Made by a program: the position numbers and the translations under genes | Shown: positions 51,652 to 63,800 of the stretch, piece by piece | Position numbering within the stretch: position 1 is the first letter of the stretch | Layout of the letters: every line of letters begins with the position of its first letter | Assembly: GCA_002269645.1 (NCBI GenBank) | Contig: NIVC01000396.1 | Span: forward strand, 1-64,000 | Direction: 5' to 3' | DNA: 64,000 bases | Source of the DNA: Macrostomum lignano | Taxonomy: Eukaryota | The notes under the pieces: generated by a model | Database searches by the model: none | Told to the model about the DNA's origin: nothing | The model's input: only the letters and a program-made list of their open reading frames with translations

Positions 51652-54600
51652 CAGTAGAACTACCAAGAGGGGGGGGGAAATTTCCCCCCCCTGACAATTT
51701 TTTTTGCTGCGCCGGAACGGAGCAACGCAGGCACACGAAATTCAAGAACACGGGCTAACTTCTTGTTGCGCACCTTCTCAAACAAGAATCAAGTCGCCAA
51801 CCCTCCGGACCGTCGAGATATTCGACGATTCTGCCAGAAGGTCGGATTTTTCCCATAAGCGCTAGTGTATTCAGTACACCCCTGTGCGCCAATTAGCACT
51901 GCGCCTCAGTGCAGCCTTGCCAAGTCTCCAAATTTCATCAGCACGTCGACCAAATGTGTCTGCATCAGCTCTGACTTCGTTGGTTACTGGCCTTCACCGA
52001 GACGGAGCTTCTAGACCTTCAACAGGTGGCACCAGGTGACTATGAACACCTTGATGCGAATTTATCGAGTTTCACCGATCAAGCCTCGACAGTAGGCAAG
52101 CCTCAACTGCCGGACACCCTCAGCTAGTCTCCTGAGCATTCCGTCATCATCCCGACACCGTCGGCTACTTCAAGAGGTTGCATCAGGTGACTATGGACGT
52201 CCTTTTGCAACTATGTCAGGTCTTTCTTATCAAGCTTCAATAATGGGCAAACCTCAACCGACGGACATTGTCAGCTAGTCTCTCAAGCATTCCGTCATCA
52301 TCCCGACGCCGTCGGCTCCTTCAACAGATGACACCAAGTGACTATGGACACCCTGATGCGAATTTCTCTAGTTTCGCCGATCAAGCCTCGACAGTAGGCA
52401 AGCCTCAACTGCTGGACACCTTCAGCTAGTCTCCTAAGCATTCCGTCATCATCCCGATGCCGTCGGCTCCTTCAACAGATGACACCAAGTGACTATGGAC
52501 ACCCTGATGCGAATTTCTCTAGTTTCGCCGATCAAGCCTCGACAGTAGGCAAGCCTCAACTGCTGGACACCTTCAGCTAGTCTCCTAAGCATTCCGTCAT
52601 CATCCCGACGCCGTCGGCTCCTTCAACAGATGACACCAAGTGACTATGGACACCCTGATGCGAATTTCTCTAGTTTCGCCGATCAAGCCTCGACAGTAGG
52701 CAAGCCTCAACTGCTGGACACCTTCAGCTAGTCTCCTAAGCATTCCGTCATCATCCCGACGCCGTCGGCTCCTTCAACAGATGACACCAAGTGACTATGG
52801 ACACCCTGATGCGAATTTCTCTAGTTTCGCCGATCAAGCCTCGACAGTAGGCAAGCCTCAACTGCTGGACACCTTCAGCTAGTATCCTAAGCATTCCGTC
52901 ATCATCCCGACACCGTCGGCACCTTCAACAGGTGGCATCAGGTGACTATGGACGTCCTTTTGCAACTATGTCAGGTCTTTCTTATCAAGCTTCAATAATG
53001 AGCAAACCTCAACCGACGGACATTGTCAGCTAGTCTCTCGAGCATTCCGTCATCATCCCGACGCCGTCAGCTCCTTCAACAGATTACACCAGGGACTATG
53101 GACAGCCTGATAAGAATTTCTCTAGTTTCGCCGATCAAGCCTCGACAGTAGGCAAGCCTCAACTGCTGGACACCTTCAGCTAGTCTCCTAAGCATTCCGT
53201 CATCATCCCGACACCGTCGGCACCTTCAACAGGTGGCATCAGGTGACTATGGACGTCCTTTTGCAACTATGTCAGGTCTTTCTTATCAAGCTTCAATAAT
53301 GAGCAAACCTCAACCGACGGACATTGTCAGCTAGTCTCTCGAGCATTCCGTCATCATCCCGACGCCGTCAGCTCCTTCAACAGATTACACCAGGGACTAT
53401 GGACAGCCTGATAAGAATTTCTCTAGTTTTGCCGATCAAGCCTCGATAGTGGGCAAAAATCAACTGCTGGACATCCTCAGCTAGTCAGTCAAGCATTTAG
53501 CCATCACCCGACGCCGTCGGCCCCTTCAACAGGTGGCACCAGGGGAGTAAGGACACCTGAGCGTGATTTTTCATCATGCTCTTAACATTTCTGAAGCTCT
53601 CAAAATTTTTAAAGCACGGACATTGCTATAGTTAAGCTTGAACTCATGTTGCTGTATATTTATATTATTATTACACATACTTTTATGCATACGAGCTACA
53701 TACATATTTTATTCGAAAAGCTGTTTAGTTTATTCAACTATAATATTGAACCGAATTTTTATGCAGAAAGGGTTATGCTTATAAGAAGCCAGTAAATTAA
53801 ATCCGTTTTTTCATTTTATAATGATTCAGAAATGTTAAGAGCATGATGAAAAATCACACTCAGGTGTCCTTACTTCCCTGGTGCCACCTGTTGAAGGTGC
53901 CGACGGCGTCGGGGTGATGGCTGAATGCTTGACTGACTAGCTGAGGATGTCCAGCAGTTGATTTTTGCCCACTATCGAGGCTTGATCGGCAAAACTAGAG
54001 AAATTCTTATCAGGCTGTCCATAGTCCCTGGTGTAATCTGTTGAAGGAGCTGACGGCGTCGGGATGATGACGGAATGCTCGAGAGACTAGCTGACAATGT
54101 CCGTCGGTTGAGGTTTGCTCATTATTGAAGCTTGATAAGAAAGACCTGACATAGTTGCAAAAGGACGTCCATAGTCACCTGATGCCACCTGTTGAAGGTG
54201 CCGATGGTGTCGGGATGATGACGGAATGCTTAGGAGACTAGCTGAAGGTGTCCAGCAGTTGAGGCTTGCCTACTGTCGAGGCTTGATCGGCGAAACTAGA
54301 GAAATTCTTATCAGGCTGTCCATAGTCCCTGGTGTAATCTGTTGAAGGAGCTGACGGCGTCGGGATGATGACGGAATGCTCGAGAGACTAGCTGACAATG
54401 TCCGTCGGTTGAGGTTTGCTCATTATTGAAGCTTGATAAGAAAGACCTGACATAGTTGCAAAAGGACGTCCATAGTCACCTGATGCCACCTGTTGAAGGT
54501 GCCGACGGTGTCGGGATGATGACGGAATGCTTAGGATACTAGCTGAAGGTGTCCAGCAGTTGAGGCTTGCCTACTGTCGAGGCTTGATCGGCGAAACTAG

Positions 54601-55496
54601 AGAAATTCGCATCAGGGTGTCCATAGTCACTTGGTGTCATCTGTTGAAGGAGCCGACGGCGTCGGGATGATGACGGAATGCTTAGGAGACTAGCTGAAGG
54701 TGTCCAGCAGTTGAGGCTTGCCTACTGTCGAGGCTTGATCGGCGAAACTAGAGAAATTCTTATCAGGCTGTCCATAGTCCCTGGTGTAATCTGTTGAAGG
54801 AGCTGACGGCGTCGGGATGATGACGGAATGCTCGAGAGACTAGCTGACAATGTCCGTCGGTTGAGGTTTGCCCATTATTGAAGCTTGATAAGAAAGACCT
54901 GACATAGTTGCAAAAGGACGTCCATAGTCACCTGATGCCACCTGTTGAAGGAGCCGACGGTGTCGGGATGATGACGGAATGCTCAGGAGACTAGCTGAGG
55001 GTGTCCGGCAGTTGAGGCTTGCCTACTGTCGAGGCTTGATCGGTGAAACTCGAGAAATTCGCATCAAGGTGTTCATAGTCACCTGGTGCCACCTGTTGAA
55101 GGTCTAGAAGCTCCGTCTCGGTGAAGGCCAGTAACCAACGAAGTCAGAGCTGATGCAGACACATTTGGTCGACGTGCTGATGAAATTTGGAGACTTGGCA
55201 AGGCTGCACTGAGGCGCAGTGCTAATTGGCGCACAGGGGTGTACTGAATACACTAGCGCTTATGGGAAAAATCCGACCTTCTGGCAGAATCGTCGAATAT
55301 CTCGACGGTCCGGAGGGTTGGCGACTTGATTCTTGTTTGAGAAGGTGCGCAACAAGAAGTTAGCCCGTGTTCTTGAATTTCGTGTGCCTGCGTTGCTCCG
55401 TTCCGGCGCAGCAAAAAAAATTGTCAGGGGGGGGGGAAATTTTTCCCCCCCTCTTGGTAGTTCGACGGGCGGAAAAATGGCTTGGTATTCCTACTG
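51652..55496. mobile_element. Foldback (FB-like) element: about 3.8-kb palindrome with long arms containing 151-bp tandem repeats
   Basis: About 51657-53594 is the reverse complement of about 53825-55463, around an AT-rich spacer of about 230 bp. The arms hold about 10 and about 8 copies of a 151-bp unit. Outer CAGTAG/CTACTG are each flanked by TTAA (51648-51651, 55497-55500) if a roughly 27-nt insertion on the right is allowed. No ORF. Confidence 0.88.
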
Positions 55497-56311
55497 TTAA
55501 AGCAGTTTTCCTCTCTACTCATTCTTCTGAATATATTACAAGCGTATACCTGCCAGCTTCCCCACCGGCCCTGTGCTCCTTGGTAGTTCGTAAACAGGCA
55601 AGCAGACTCATTGCTTGGTTAATAATTTAAGAAGGCTTGCAGGAAACGCACCTGCTGGGTCCCAATTATAAAATTGCTTGGGGTAAGCACTGCGTTTCCA
55701 TGGAAACATGCGGACGCACTTCTATGGCGTCTTGTTGCAAGAGTTAAGCTGTGGTTCTATTCCAATTTGCATTGGAATTTTGAAAGAGAGCCGACTGAGC
55801 CCAAGCCTTGTATGCCTGAATACAGCTTTCACTTTAAGCAGCTCATTGTGTGTGACTAGCCTGTTACCTGCAGGATATTTGACGACTGCAGGAAATTTTG
55901 AAGACGTCACAAAAATCCTCCTTTCTCCTTGCAAAAATCGAAGTTACTCAAGTTGACTCACCTTTAGTGTCAAACGCAATTGTTTGCTGATAAATGAGTA
56001 GTGAATTCGTTTCTCCTACCGAGGAAATTTGCGGAAGAATTGCGCTGGCCCCGTCACCATAGAAACGGCGTGTTTTGATAGCCTTTAGCGGAAATTTGAG
56101 TAAACAGACCGGCACTCTGAGCACCTTACTGAGCTGCTCAGCCCGGCTCAACACGTTTTACTTGCTAGAGAATCCCCCTCTGGCCAGAGTGTGCAGTTAA
56201 CTGGGAAGTTAACTGGGTCAGGTATAAGAGATCAAAGGTATAAGAGGCCGCTTGTTCGTTCCCTCGTTTTCGCACTGCTGCTTTTCACCAGTTGAAAATT
56301 TGTCTGCAAAA

Positions 56312-57217
56312 ATGATTGCGCCACTCTTTACGTGCTTGGTGCTGCTGGTGGGCGCCGCTGCTGAGCCCGACTGCTTCACGGAGTCGCAGTTCGCATCGAT
56401 CTGCGAGCCGCCGGTTCGAGTCGCCAGCGGCAGCCAAGGCGTCCGCGGCTGCTTCCGGCCGGACCTGCCGCAGCCGACGGGAGCCGCCGCGGGCGAGTCG
56501 GTCACGTGGGACGCCGCCTCCGGTGTCTGCGAGCGTCGCCCGACCGACTGCGGCGACTTCGCCGCCTGCCCCGTCTCGGCCTCGGCAGGGGGCCGCTGCC
56601 TCGTGTCCTGCGACATCGCCGAGCGCGGCTTCCTCGCGCTGAGCATCCGAGCGGGCGTCGGCGTCAAGTCGTTCGACCTGGTCGACTCGCCGAGCCGCAG
56701 CAACGGCTCCGCCGTCCAGGGCACACCCGGGTCCGCCAGCCTCCTGCCCGACCTGTTCCGCGCCAGCGCCATCGACCAGCTGCCCACCGTAGCGCCGAAG
56801 CTCACCTTCAAGGAGGCCGTCGTCCAGCTCTCTGTCGCCGACTCCGTCGTCGTGAAGGTCACCTTCGACCTCTCGGCGTCGCCTCACGAGCTAAACAGGA
56901 CCAGCTGGTTCTCTCGGGACCGGCTGAAGGCCAGCTGGCCCGTCACCGACCTCGCCAGAAAGAGCTTTAACTACTTCAGCATTGGGGGTCATGTCAAGCG
57001 TAAACTTGAGCGCCGTTGGTTCATCAATTATGCTTACGGCGGCTGCAAGAGAGACCGCGGCCTCATGGTGGCTCTCGACATAACCGACGGCTGCGCTGCC
57101 TCCTGGGGCAACGGCAGCGTGACCTCGCCCCCGCGGCTGGTGTACAGCACGCAGTCGGATGTGGCATTTAAGAGCAGTTTCCAGCTTGCTGACAGGCTGG
57201 CCGTGACCCTACGCTGA
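56312..57217 (+). CDS. Secreted Cys-rich protein, copy A (301 aa, intronless); C-terminal domain resembles the USOMP5-like (uncharacterized skeletal organic matrix protein 5) family
   Basis: Signal peptide MIAPLFTCLVLLVGAAA, then an 8-Cys module. The C-terminal pattern WFSRDRL..SWP.TDL....NYFSI.G.....RRWFINY.YGGC..D.G......D...C..W......P...Y is one I recall from invertebrate USOMP5-like proteins. The family call needs a profile search. Confidence 0.85.
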   Translation: MIAPLFTCLVLLVGAAAEPDCFTESQFASICEPPVRVASGSQGVRGCFRPDLPQPTGAAAGESVTWDAASGVCERRPTDCGDFAACPVSASAGGRCLVSCDIAERGFLALSIRAGVGVKSFDLVDSPSRSNGSAVQGTPGSASLLPDLFRASAIDQLPTVAPKLTFKEAVVQLSVADSVVVKVTFDLSASPHELNRTSWFSRDRLKASWPVTDLARKSFNYFSIGGHVKRKLERRWFINYAYGGCKRDRGLMVALDITDGCAASWGNGSVTSPPRLVYSTQSDVAFKSSFQLADRLAVTLR

Positions 57218-57499
57218 GCTCTGCCTGAAGCCTGTGTGAGCTGGCAGTACAGTGTGCAAACGTTTTGCGCGATACGAAACTTGCATTGACGGTCAGTCAG
57301 TAATGCTTTTTCAATCCTAAATTCTGCGCCCGGCTGCAATTTCACCAGTTTTCTAAATACGATTTTTCAGTAAAGCGGTGTTTCATCTTCGAGGAATAAA
57401 TTTCAGATGTGGTAACTGTGGTCGGTTGTTCGAGCTCGGCCTCAGTACTGTAAATTTCATGCTAATGGGTTTTATTTAGACTTTGGGACACGATGAGTG

Positions 57500-57860
57500 A
57501 AGCCCGCAAATCCATAGGCGTTGGGACGCGATGGGTGAAGCCTGGAGGAGATCCAGAGGCGTTGGGACGTGCAGAGGGAAGCCTGTAGGAGATCCAGAGG
57601 CGTTGGGACATGCAGACTGAATCCCGCAAATCCAGAGGCGTTGGGACATGCAGACTGAAGCCCGCAGGAGATCCAGAAACGTTGGGACGTGCAGAGGGAA
57701 GCCTGGAGGAGATCCAGAAACGTTGGGACGTGCAGAGGGAAGCCTGGAGGAGATCCAGAAACGTTGGGACGTGCAGAGGGAAGCCTGGAGGAGATCCAGA
57801 AACGTTGGGACGTGCAGAGGGAAGCCTGGAGGAGATCCAGAGGCGTTGGGACGTGCAATG
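57500..57860. repeat. 41-bp minisatellite (GCAGAGGGAAGCCTGGAGGAGATCCAGAAACGTTGGGACGT)n
   Basis: About 8 units between copies A and B. Confidence 0.92.
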
Positions 57861-58711
57861 AATCTTCTATGGTTCAGTGCAGATAGTTAGTAGTACATCT
57901 ATAATTGGCGCTCTTCTACTTCAGGTTCGGTACCTGATACTGCTATGGTAACCAGTCTTTGCAAATTTTAATTGCAATAAAATTGGCAGGCCTCTGTTCG
58001 CCGGTTTCGAGCCCTTGTCATAAATCGCAGTCAAGCAAACAGACAGGTCCATTCCGCTTGACCCCAGAGCACGCACACGATACTCTCTCACTCAGATTGT
58101 ACAACGGTCCCGAGTTTCTCAACCTCAGGCCAATCAATAAATCCGTGAAAACTTAAACTTAACTATCAATGTTTTGGTATCCTAAATGTCAGTCACGTAT
58201 GCAAAGATTTTAAAGAATTGTAAAGGCCAAGAGACAATGTCCAGTGCGAATTAAATGGCTGGCAAATATGGCCAGCTTTGTCTGAATTTGCATTATCGGT
58301 AATAGGGGGGATTATCAGTTGCGTAGCGGTAAATTGACTTCTCACCTTCTGTCCTGCCGCATTGCAAATGAAGTTCGAATATGTGCTAGACTTCTTTTAC
58401 TCGTGTTTTATTAGAGGCAGGATGGTGTGTGCACACTGGCGCACATTAAGCGACATTGTCGCACAACCTGCGAGAGGCATTGCTGCACATTCCGCCGACT
58501 CACCTGAGCAGGCACACTCCAAGGGTCCAAGCGCGCGGATACGTACTCAGTCATACGCACAGGCACACACACTCACACAGGAGTGTACAGCGGCCCTAAC
58601 TTTCTTTATCGTTAGACATGTACACTTCACTTTGCCTTGGGAGTTGACCTTCAAGTGCGTTAATTGCACGAGCAGAGTCAAGCCGAGATTCAAATTTAGC
58701 CTCAAATTAAT

Positions 58712-58780
58712 GTGACTGCACTTGGAATCGAACCTGGGCCGTTGGCACATCAGAACACCGCACTGGACTACTAGGCTGCC
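58712..58780 (-). other. Degenerate tRNA-like Pol III A/B-box remnant (possible SINE head)
   Basis: TAGTCCAGTGCGG (A-box-like) and GGTTCGATTCC (B box) on the minus strand; spacing is short and no acceptor stem is visible. Confidence 0.35.
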
Positions 58781-59472
58781 ACAACGACAACAACGGATTT
58801 TGCACCAATTGTCTTCTTTTACAACGGGTAAAAGTGTTCGGTCTAGAAAACTCCACATGGAATGCATAAATGTACATTTATTTTGAAAACGAATTCTGCC
58901 TCTTAGTCGCAGAGTCCAGCGCGCCTCTCCAATACTTTGGCTGGCAATTTCTTGCAGTCGAAACAGTTTAAAGTCCTCCACTTGTTAAGAAAAGTTTCTG
59001 CCTGAAACAGTTGTCTCTTCCTTCAGCCAGTCTTCCTGAGTAGCCTCATCATTAATTAATTAATCCGCAGCCGCCAGTCCCCAGGAGGGAAGAATAATGC
59101 GTGCTTAGTAGCTAACATTAGTGCTTCAAATTATTTTTAACGTAGCCTGAGTAAGCAGGTTTTCTATGCCTAATCGGACGCAAACTTTTCCACTCTTGCA
59201 ATTTGAAGAGTGCAGCAACTCAGCTTGCAAGCCCCTCACTTCGTTGTCAAAACAGCCGTCTTGCGGATCTCCGGAGTCCTGCAGATGGCCGTGCCCAATA
59301 ATTGATGAGTCTGCAGGGCGAGACCAAAATCCCCCAGCCAATCCGCAAAAAGTTTTGCTGGATCCGGCAGCAAGCGAAATAAATGCTCTAAAACCAGCAA
59401 GCGTTAGAGCCGCTCAAAACTGGAAGAGAAAAATCTACTGGCCAAACCACTGACATAGACTTGCACTGAACA

Positions 59473-60396
59473 ATGAAGTCGTCCGGTGTGACACTCCTGA
59501 CGTGCCTGGCGCTGCTGCTGGCCGCCGGGGCCGCCGCCGGACAGCCCGGCTGCTTCACGGAGTCGCAGTTCGCATCGATCTGCGAGCCGCCGGTTCGAGT
59601 CGCCAGCGGCAGCCAAGGCGTCCGCGGCTGCTTCCGGCCGGACCTGCCGCAGCCGACGGGAGCCGCCGCGGGCGAGTCGGTCACGTGGGACGCCGCCGCC
59701 GGTGTCTGCGAGCGTCGCCCGACCGACTGCGGCGACTTCGCCGCCTGCCCCGTCTCGGCCTCGGCAGGGGGCCGCTGCCTCGTGTCCTGCGACGTCGCCG
59801 ATCGCGGCTTCCTCGCGCTGAGCATCCGAGCGGGCGTCGGCGTCAAGTCGTTCGATCTGGTCGACTCGCCGAGCCGCAGCAACGGCTCCGCCGTCCAGGG
59901 CACACCCGGGTCCGCCAGCCTCCTGCCCGACCTGTTCCGCGCCAGCGCCATCGACCAGCTGCCCACCGTAGCGCCGAAGCTCACCTTCAAGGAGGCCGTC
60001 GTCCAGCTCTCTGTCGCCGACTCCGTCGTCGTGAAGGTCACCTTCGACCTCTCAGCGTCGCCTCACGAGCTAAACAGGACCAACTGGTTCTCTCGGGACC
60101 GGCTGAAGGCCAGCTGGCCCGTCACCGACCTTGCCAGCAGGACCTTCAACTACTTCAGCATCGAAGGTCATTCTGATGGCATACTCGAGCGTCGCTGGTT
60201 CATCAATTATGCTTACGGCGGCTGCCCGGGCGATCTCGGCCTCATGGTAGCTCTCGACGTAACCGACGGCTGCGCTGTCGACTGGGCCGGCGGCAACATG
60301 ACCTCGCCGCCGCGGCTGTTGTACACCACCTCACATAACGTCACTTGGAAGCTGAGCGTACAAAGTGCGGATAAACTCGCTGTCATTCTGCGCTGA
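59473..60396 (+). CDS. Secreted Cys-rich protein, copy B (307 aa, intronless paralogue of copy A)
   Basis: ATG at 59473, signal peptide MKSSGVTLLTCLALLLAAGAAAG; about 580 bp are nearly identical to copy A and the C-terminus is divergent. Confidence 0.88.
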   Translation: MKSSGVTLLTCLALLLAAGAAAGQPGCFTESQFASICEPPVRVASGSQGVRGCFRPDLPQPTGAAAGESVTWDAAAGVCERRPTDCGDFAACPVSASAGGRCLVSCDVADRGFLALSIRAGVGVKSFDLVDSPSRSNGSAVQGTPGSASLLPDLFRASAIDQLPTVAPKLTFKEAVVQLSVADSVVVKVTFDLSASPHELNRTNWFSRDRLKASWPVTDLASRTFNYFSIEGHSDGILERRWFINYAYGGCPGDLGLMVALDVTDGCAVDWAGGNMTSPPRLLYTTSHNVTWKLSVQSADKLAVILR

Positions 60397-60519
60397 TGGA
60401 GTTCTGTGATGCAGCGTTGGATTTGAAAAATTGTCACTGTTGTCAGTTTTTCCTTAGCAACTCAGTACCCAAATGTAGCTTTGTGATTGGAGTCCGTCAA
60501 GAATAGTTTTAATTGCTTG

Positions 60520-60805
60520 GGGGTTTTAGCCTTGTGGTTAGAGCGTCGGATTCACGACTTGAAGGTCGGGGGTTCGATTCCCGATCCCACTGGAACAATT
60601 TTTGTCATTGAGCAAGACACTTAACTCTGCATTGCTTCAGTTTAGCCAGCTGTAGAATGGGTGCCAGCATTAGCGACCCTCCAGTCCTTGGACTGAACAG
60701 CCGTACGCAGCCTTCAGATGCGCCGCGCAATAGCTGTGGCTGAGCTGTCGGTTGCACATCTGCCAATTGGGGCAGGTGTAATCAATTATATTATTGTTAT
60801 TTAAT
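60520..60805 (+). mobile_element. tRNA-derived SINE
   Basis: A box TAGCCTTGTGG (60527), B box GGTTCGATTCCC (60571), T-arm CGGGG/TCCCG, body TTGAGCAAGACACTTAAC and an (ATT)-rich tail. A second, decayed copy lies at 15821-15980. Confidence 0.75.
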
Positions 60806-63800
60806 TGCAACAAAAGAAACTTGTTTTATTTCTGATGTCCTTCACGGGGACATCTGTTCTATCAATTATTAAGTGGCCAGAATTTTATTTGCAACCGAAG
60901 CTGTGTTGAACGTGCCTGCTGTTAAACGTTTCCGTATAATTCTCTCAATTTGCATCTGACCCTTATCACTGTGTTATTTTTAGCACTGGCAGGCTTGCTT
61001 GTCGGTATCTTCAAATTAATGCTTATTATACCTTTTTTGTATTTCACGCTTATTGCTTGCTTGTTGTAAAAGATCCTAGCTCATTAGCGAGTCAAGTCGA
61101 ATGTTTTGTAGCCAGTACTTAAAGCAACTATGTGTCCTAACTCAACTGCATGTACATGTAGCTACATGTGTTAAGTACATATATAATTATTGACTCTAAA
61201 TCTATAGCACGCGAAACTCAGCTAAGTTACACTCCGAGCTCCTTAATAATAGCTTCTATAGCTCCTCTCTTATATACATAATTGCATAGAAAGATCGAGA
61301 GACCAACGCAAATATACAGTACTACATGTACGAGATTGCTATCCACTTCAGTCTTGATGTTTGTCCTTGTTCATGTTGCTATACTATACCTCATTCCATT
61401 GTAGCTCGCAATTAAAAACTACTTGAGTTAGTCTTTGGCTTGCACACACACGTACGGAATTACCATGCTCGATTCCTGCCGACAGTCCGTGTCATAAGTA
61501 CGCGTTTTCATTGTAGCTACTGAGATAGTGGGGGCCGGGGATGTACCCGTATGGACAACTAAAGTATAAGACACTGCACTTGGGAATCGCTGGATTTTCA
61601 CTGCATGAATGCCGGGTCTCGTCTTAAATTCATTACCCAATGCAGTAAATTTTTCTGTTTAGTTTTTTAGCCCTAAAATGGCATATATCTAATTATTTAT
61701 GAACTTCCGAATTACAAACATTTGGTTTACCACAGACCAACCAGCCAATGTAGCTCGTATGAATCGCAACGGAAAATCGTAGTTATGCCACTCACATTTA
61801 GTATTTTAGAATTATATTATATTTTATATTACTGTATTCTTCATTTTATATTATTATATTATTCCGATCTAGTATCTTCTAATATAGTATTATTTTAGTA
61901 TATAGGAAGATTGCGGCTCTGACGATAGCTTCCGTCGAAACTCTATTTTAAATTGTTTGTATATTTTATTTAAACACCATTTACAGTTACCAAGAAAATT
62001 TTAGCTGAAAGCATGGGCTTTACGTTTTAATCATTCAAAATACTTAAATATACACTTGTCTCTTTGTTCTAGCTTACCTTTTTCGTCTCAAAATTTTTCA
62101 CAGAAACTAGGTTGTGATTTTTAACTTAGATTTTCTTAGAAACAAATGACTTGATCATTTTATATTGAAGCTTGTTTAATTTGCCAAGCTCTGTATTTAA
62201 TTATAAAATTGACAAAAAGTCTGTAGTCCGAAAAAAATATATATATAATTTTTAACTAATATTTGTTTTCAAGTCGTATTCATGAATTTTTATCGTCGCT
62301 TTATCACGGAATTAGTTCCTGATACTCTACGAAATGTTACTGTGCCTGATAGCTTCTTTGGAATTTTTAAACTTTCAGGTACGTCAATTATTTAATATTT
62401 TTAAGTGATGTTCTTTTTAACGAGACAAAAACTATGAATAAAAAGTAGCATAACTGCCAACCAACCAACCAACGTTGCTGTTAATTTTTCAACATAATGA
62501 AAGCAAATTTTGTTGACACTTGTTTCCAGCATTCAATTTATCTAACTAAGATAAATCTGGTTATCTGGTTGCACCCGACCTGAATTTATAGTAACTTAAT
62601 AAAAAATGTTATGAAATAGCAGTTGGTCAGAAATTGGCCTTATAGGCTGAATGCCATTATTGTATAAAATTTTCTATTGCCATATTAGTAGTAAATATAT
62701 TATATTTCATTATGATCTTAAATAATAGTAATCCGCATTCTGGATCATGTAGTATACCTGTATATGCCAGGGTATCTGTGGTAACTTTAGGCATGCAAGG
62801 CCAATGCATGCCCAAATTTTCTGGCATATTTTTTCTGGCATTGAATAGGTGTGCACAGTTGGCATATATGACTTAAAAAATAGTATATATATATATACCT
62901 AGCATGCAATCCATGGAATAACATGGAAAAGTTAGTGTTAAGTGGATAAAAGATTAAAATATTCATATTTCAGCATAAATTTCTAACTTTTTGGCTTTTA
63001 AGCTTATTAATAATGTATTAAAACAAATGTTTATACATATTGATTTTCTGCTATAAATTGTATAAAACAAGAAAGATAAATAATCAACCAAATTATAAAC
63101 CAAAAAGATCATTTATTGTCGCAACACAGGCCTAGATTTGAGAAAGTGAGCTTGTACTCAATTTTTGCATGCATTTCTAACTCTTCAATTTGTTGTTTGG
63201 GTTGCACCTAGCATAGTTTGGACTTTGGTTAACAATTACTTAATAATTGAATAACTCACACTAGAAACTTCTATCATAGTTTATATACAGTGTAGCTAAA
63301 TAATTAGGAGATATGAGGAGTAGCCTTATCCTTTTAGCATGAGCTTTAAAAGGATTACAAAGATAACCTACAAATACCAGAATAACTAAATAAGCCACTC
63401 AGAGCACATCTGTATACAAGCTACTTTCAGTTCAGTAGTGTAAGTTAAAATGAAGCATTTTATGTATTTTTAAAGATAAGGTTCATTTACTGGCTTTTAC
63501 TTCCAAGTTTTAACACTCAAACTTTATGCAGAACCTCTATCCTCACCCTATCACCCAATTTTTATTACCCTCCTCAGTTGTTCTAGTTCTAGCCTACTAA
63601 GCGTACTAAGTATATGCTTGAGTGGCCTATCTAGTCATTTTAGTATCTGTGGGTAACCAATCAAATTTGTTAATAAAATATAGGCTTACCCCTTTATCCC
63701 TAAGAGCTGCTCCCTTTCTTATCATCTTCATTGCATTATTATATAATTCTATTCATTCTATTTCTAGTTACCATGCATACAAAGGTTTATGAATGTTCAC

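Noticed and set aside
56218-56970. Long antisense and alternative-frame ORFs over the secreted-protein genes (also 59388-60176, and over the GPCR, SAM and GST exons)
   Set aside because: Shadow ORFs caused by high GC3 codon bias in the real coding frame.
60520-60590. Possible tRNA gene
   Set aside because: The acceptor stem pairs poorly and the sequence continues into a body and tail shared with a second copy, so it is a SINE head rather than a functional tRNA.
61428-61640. Minus-strand ORF ending YDTDCRQESSMVIPYVCVQ, faintly like a C-type lectin C-terminus
   Set aside because: No upstream exons or other lectin motifs are visible; the similarity is too weak.
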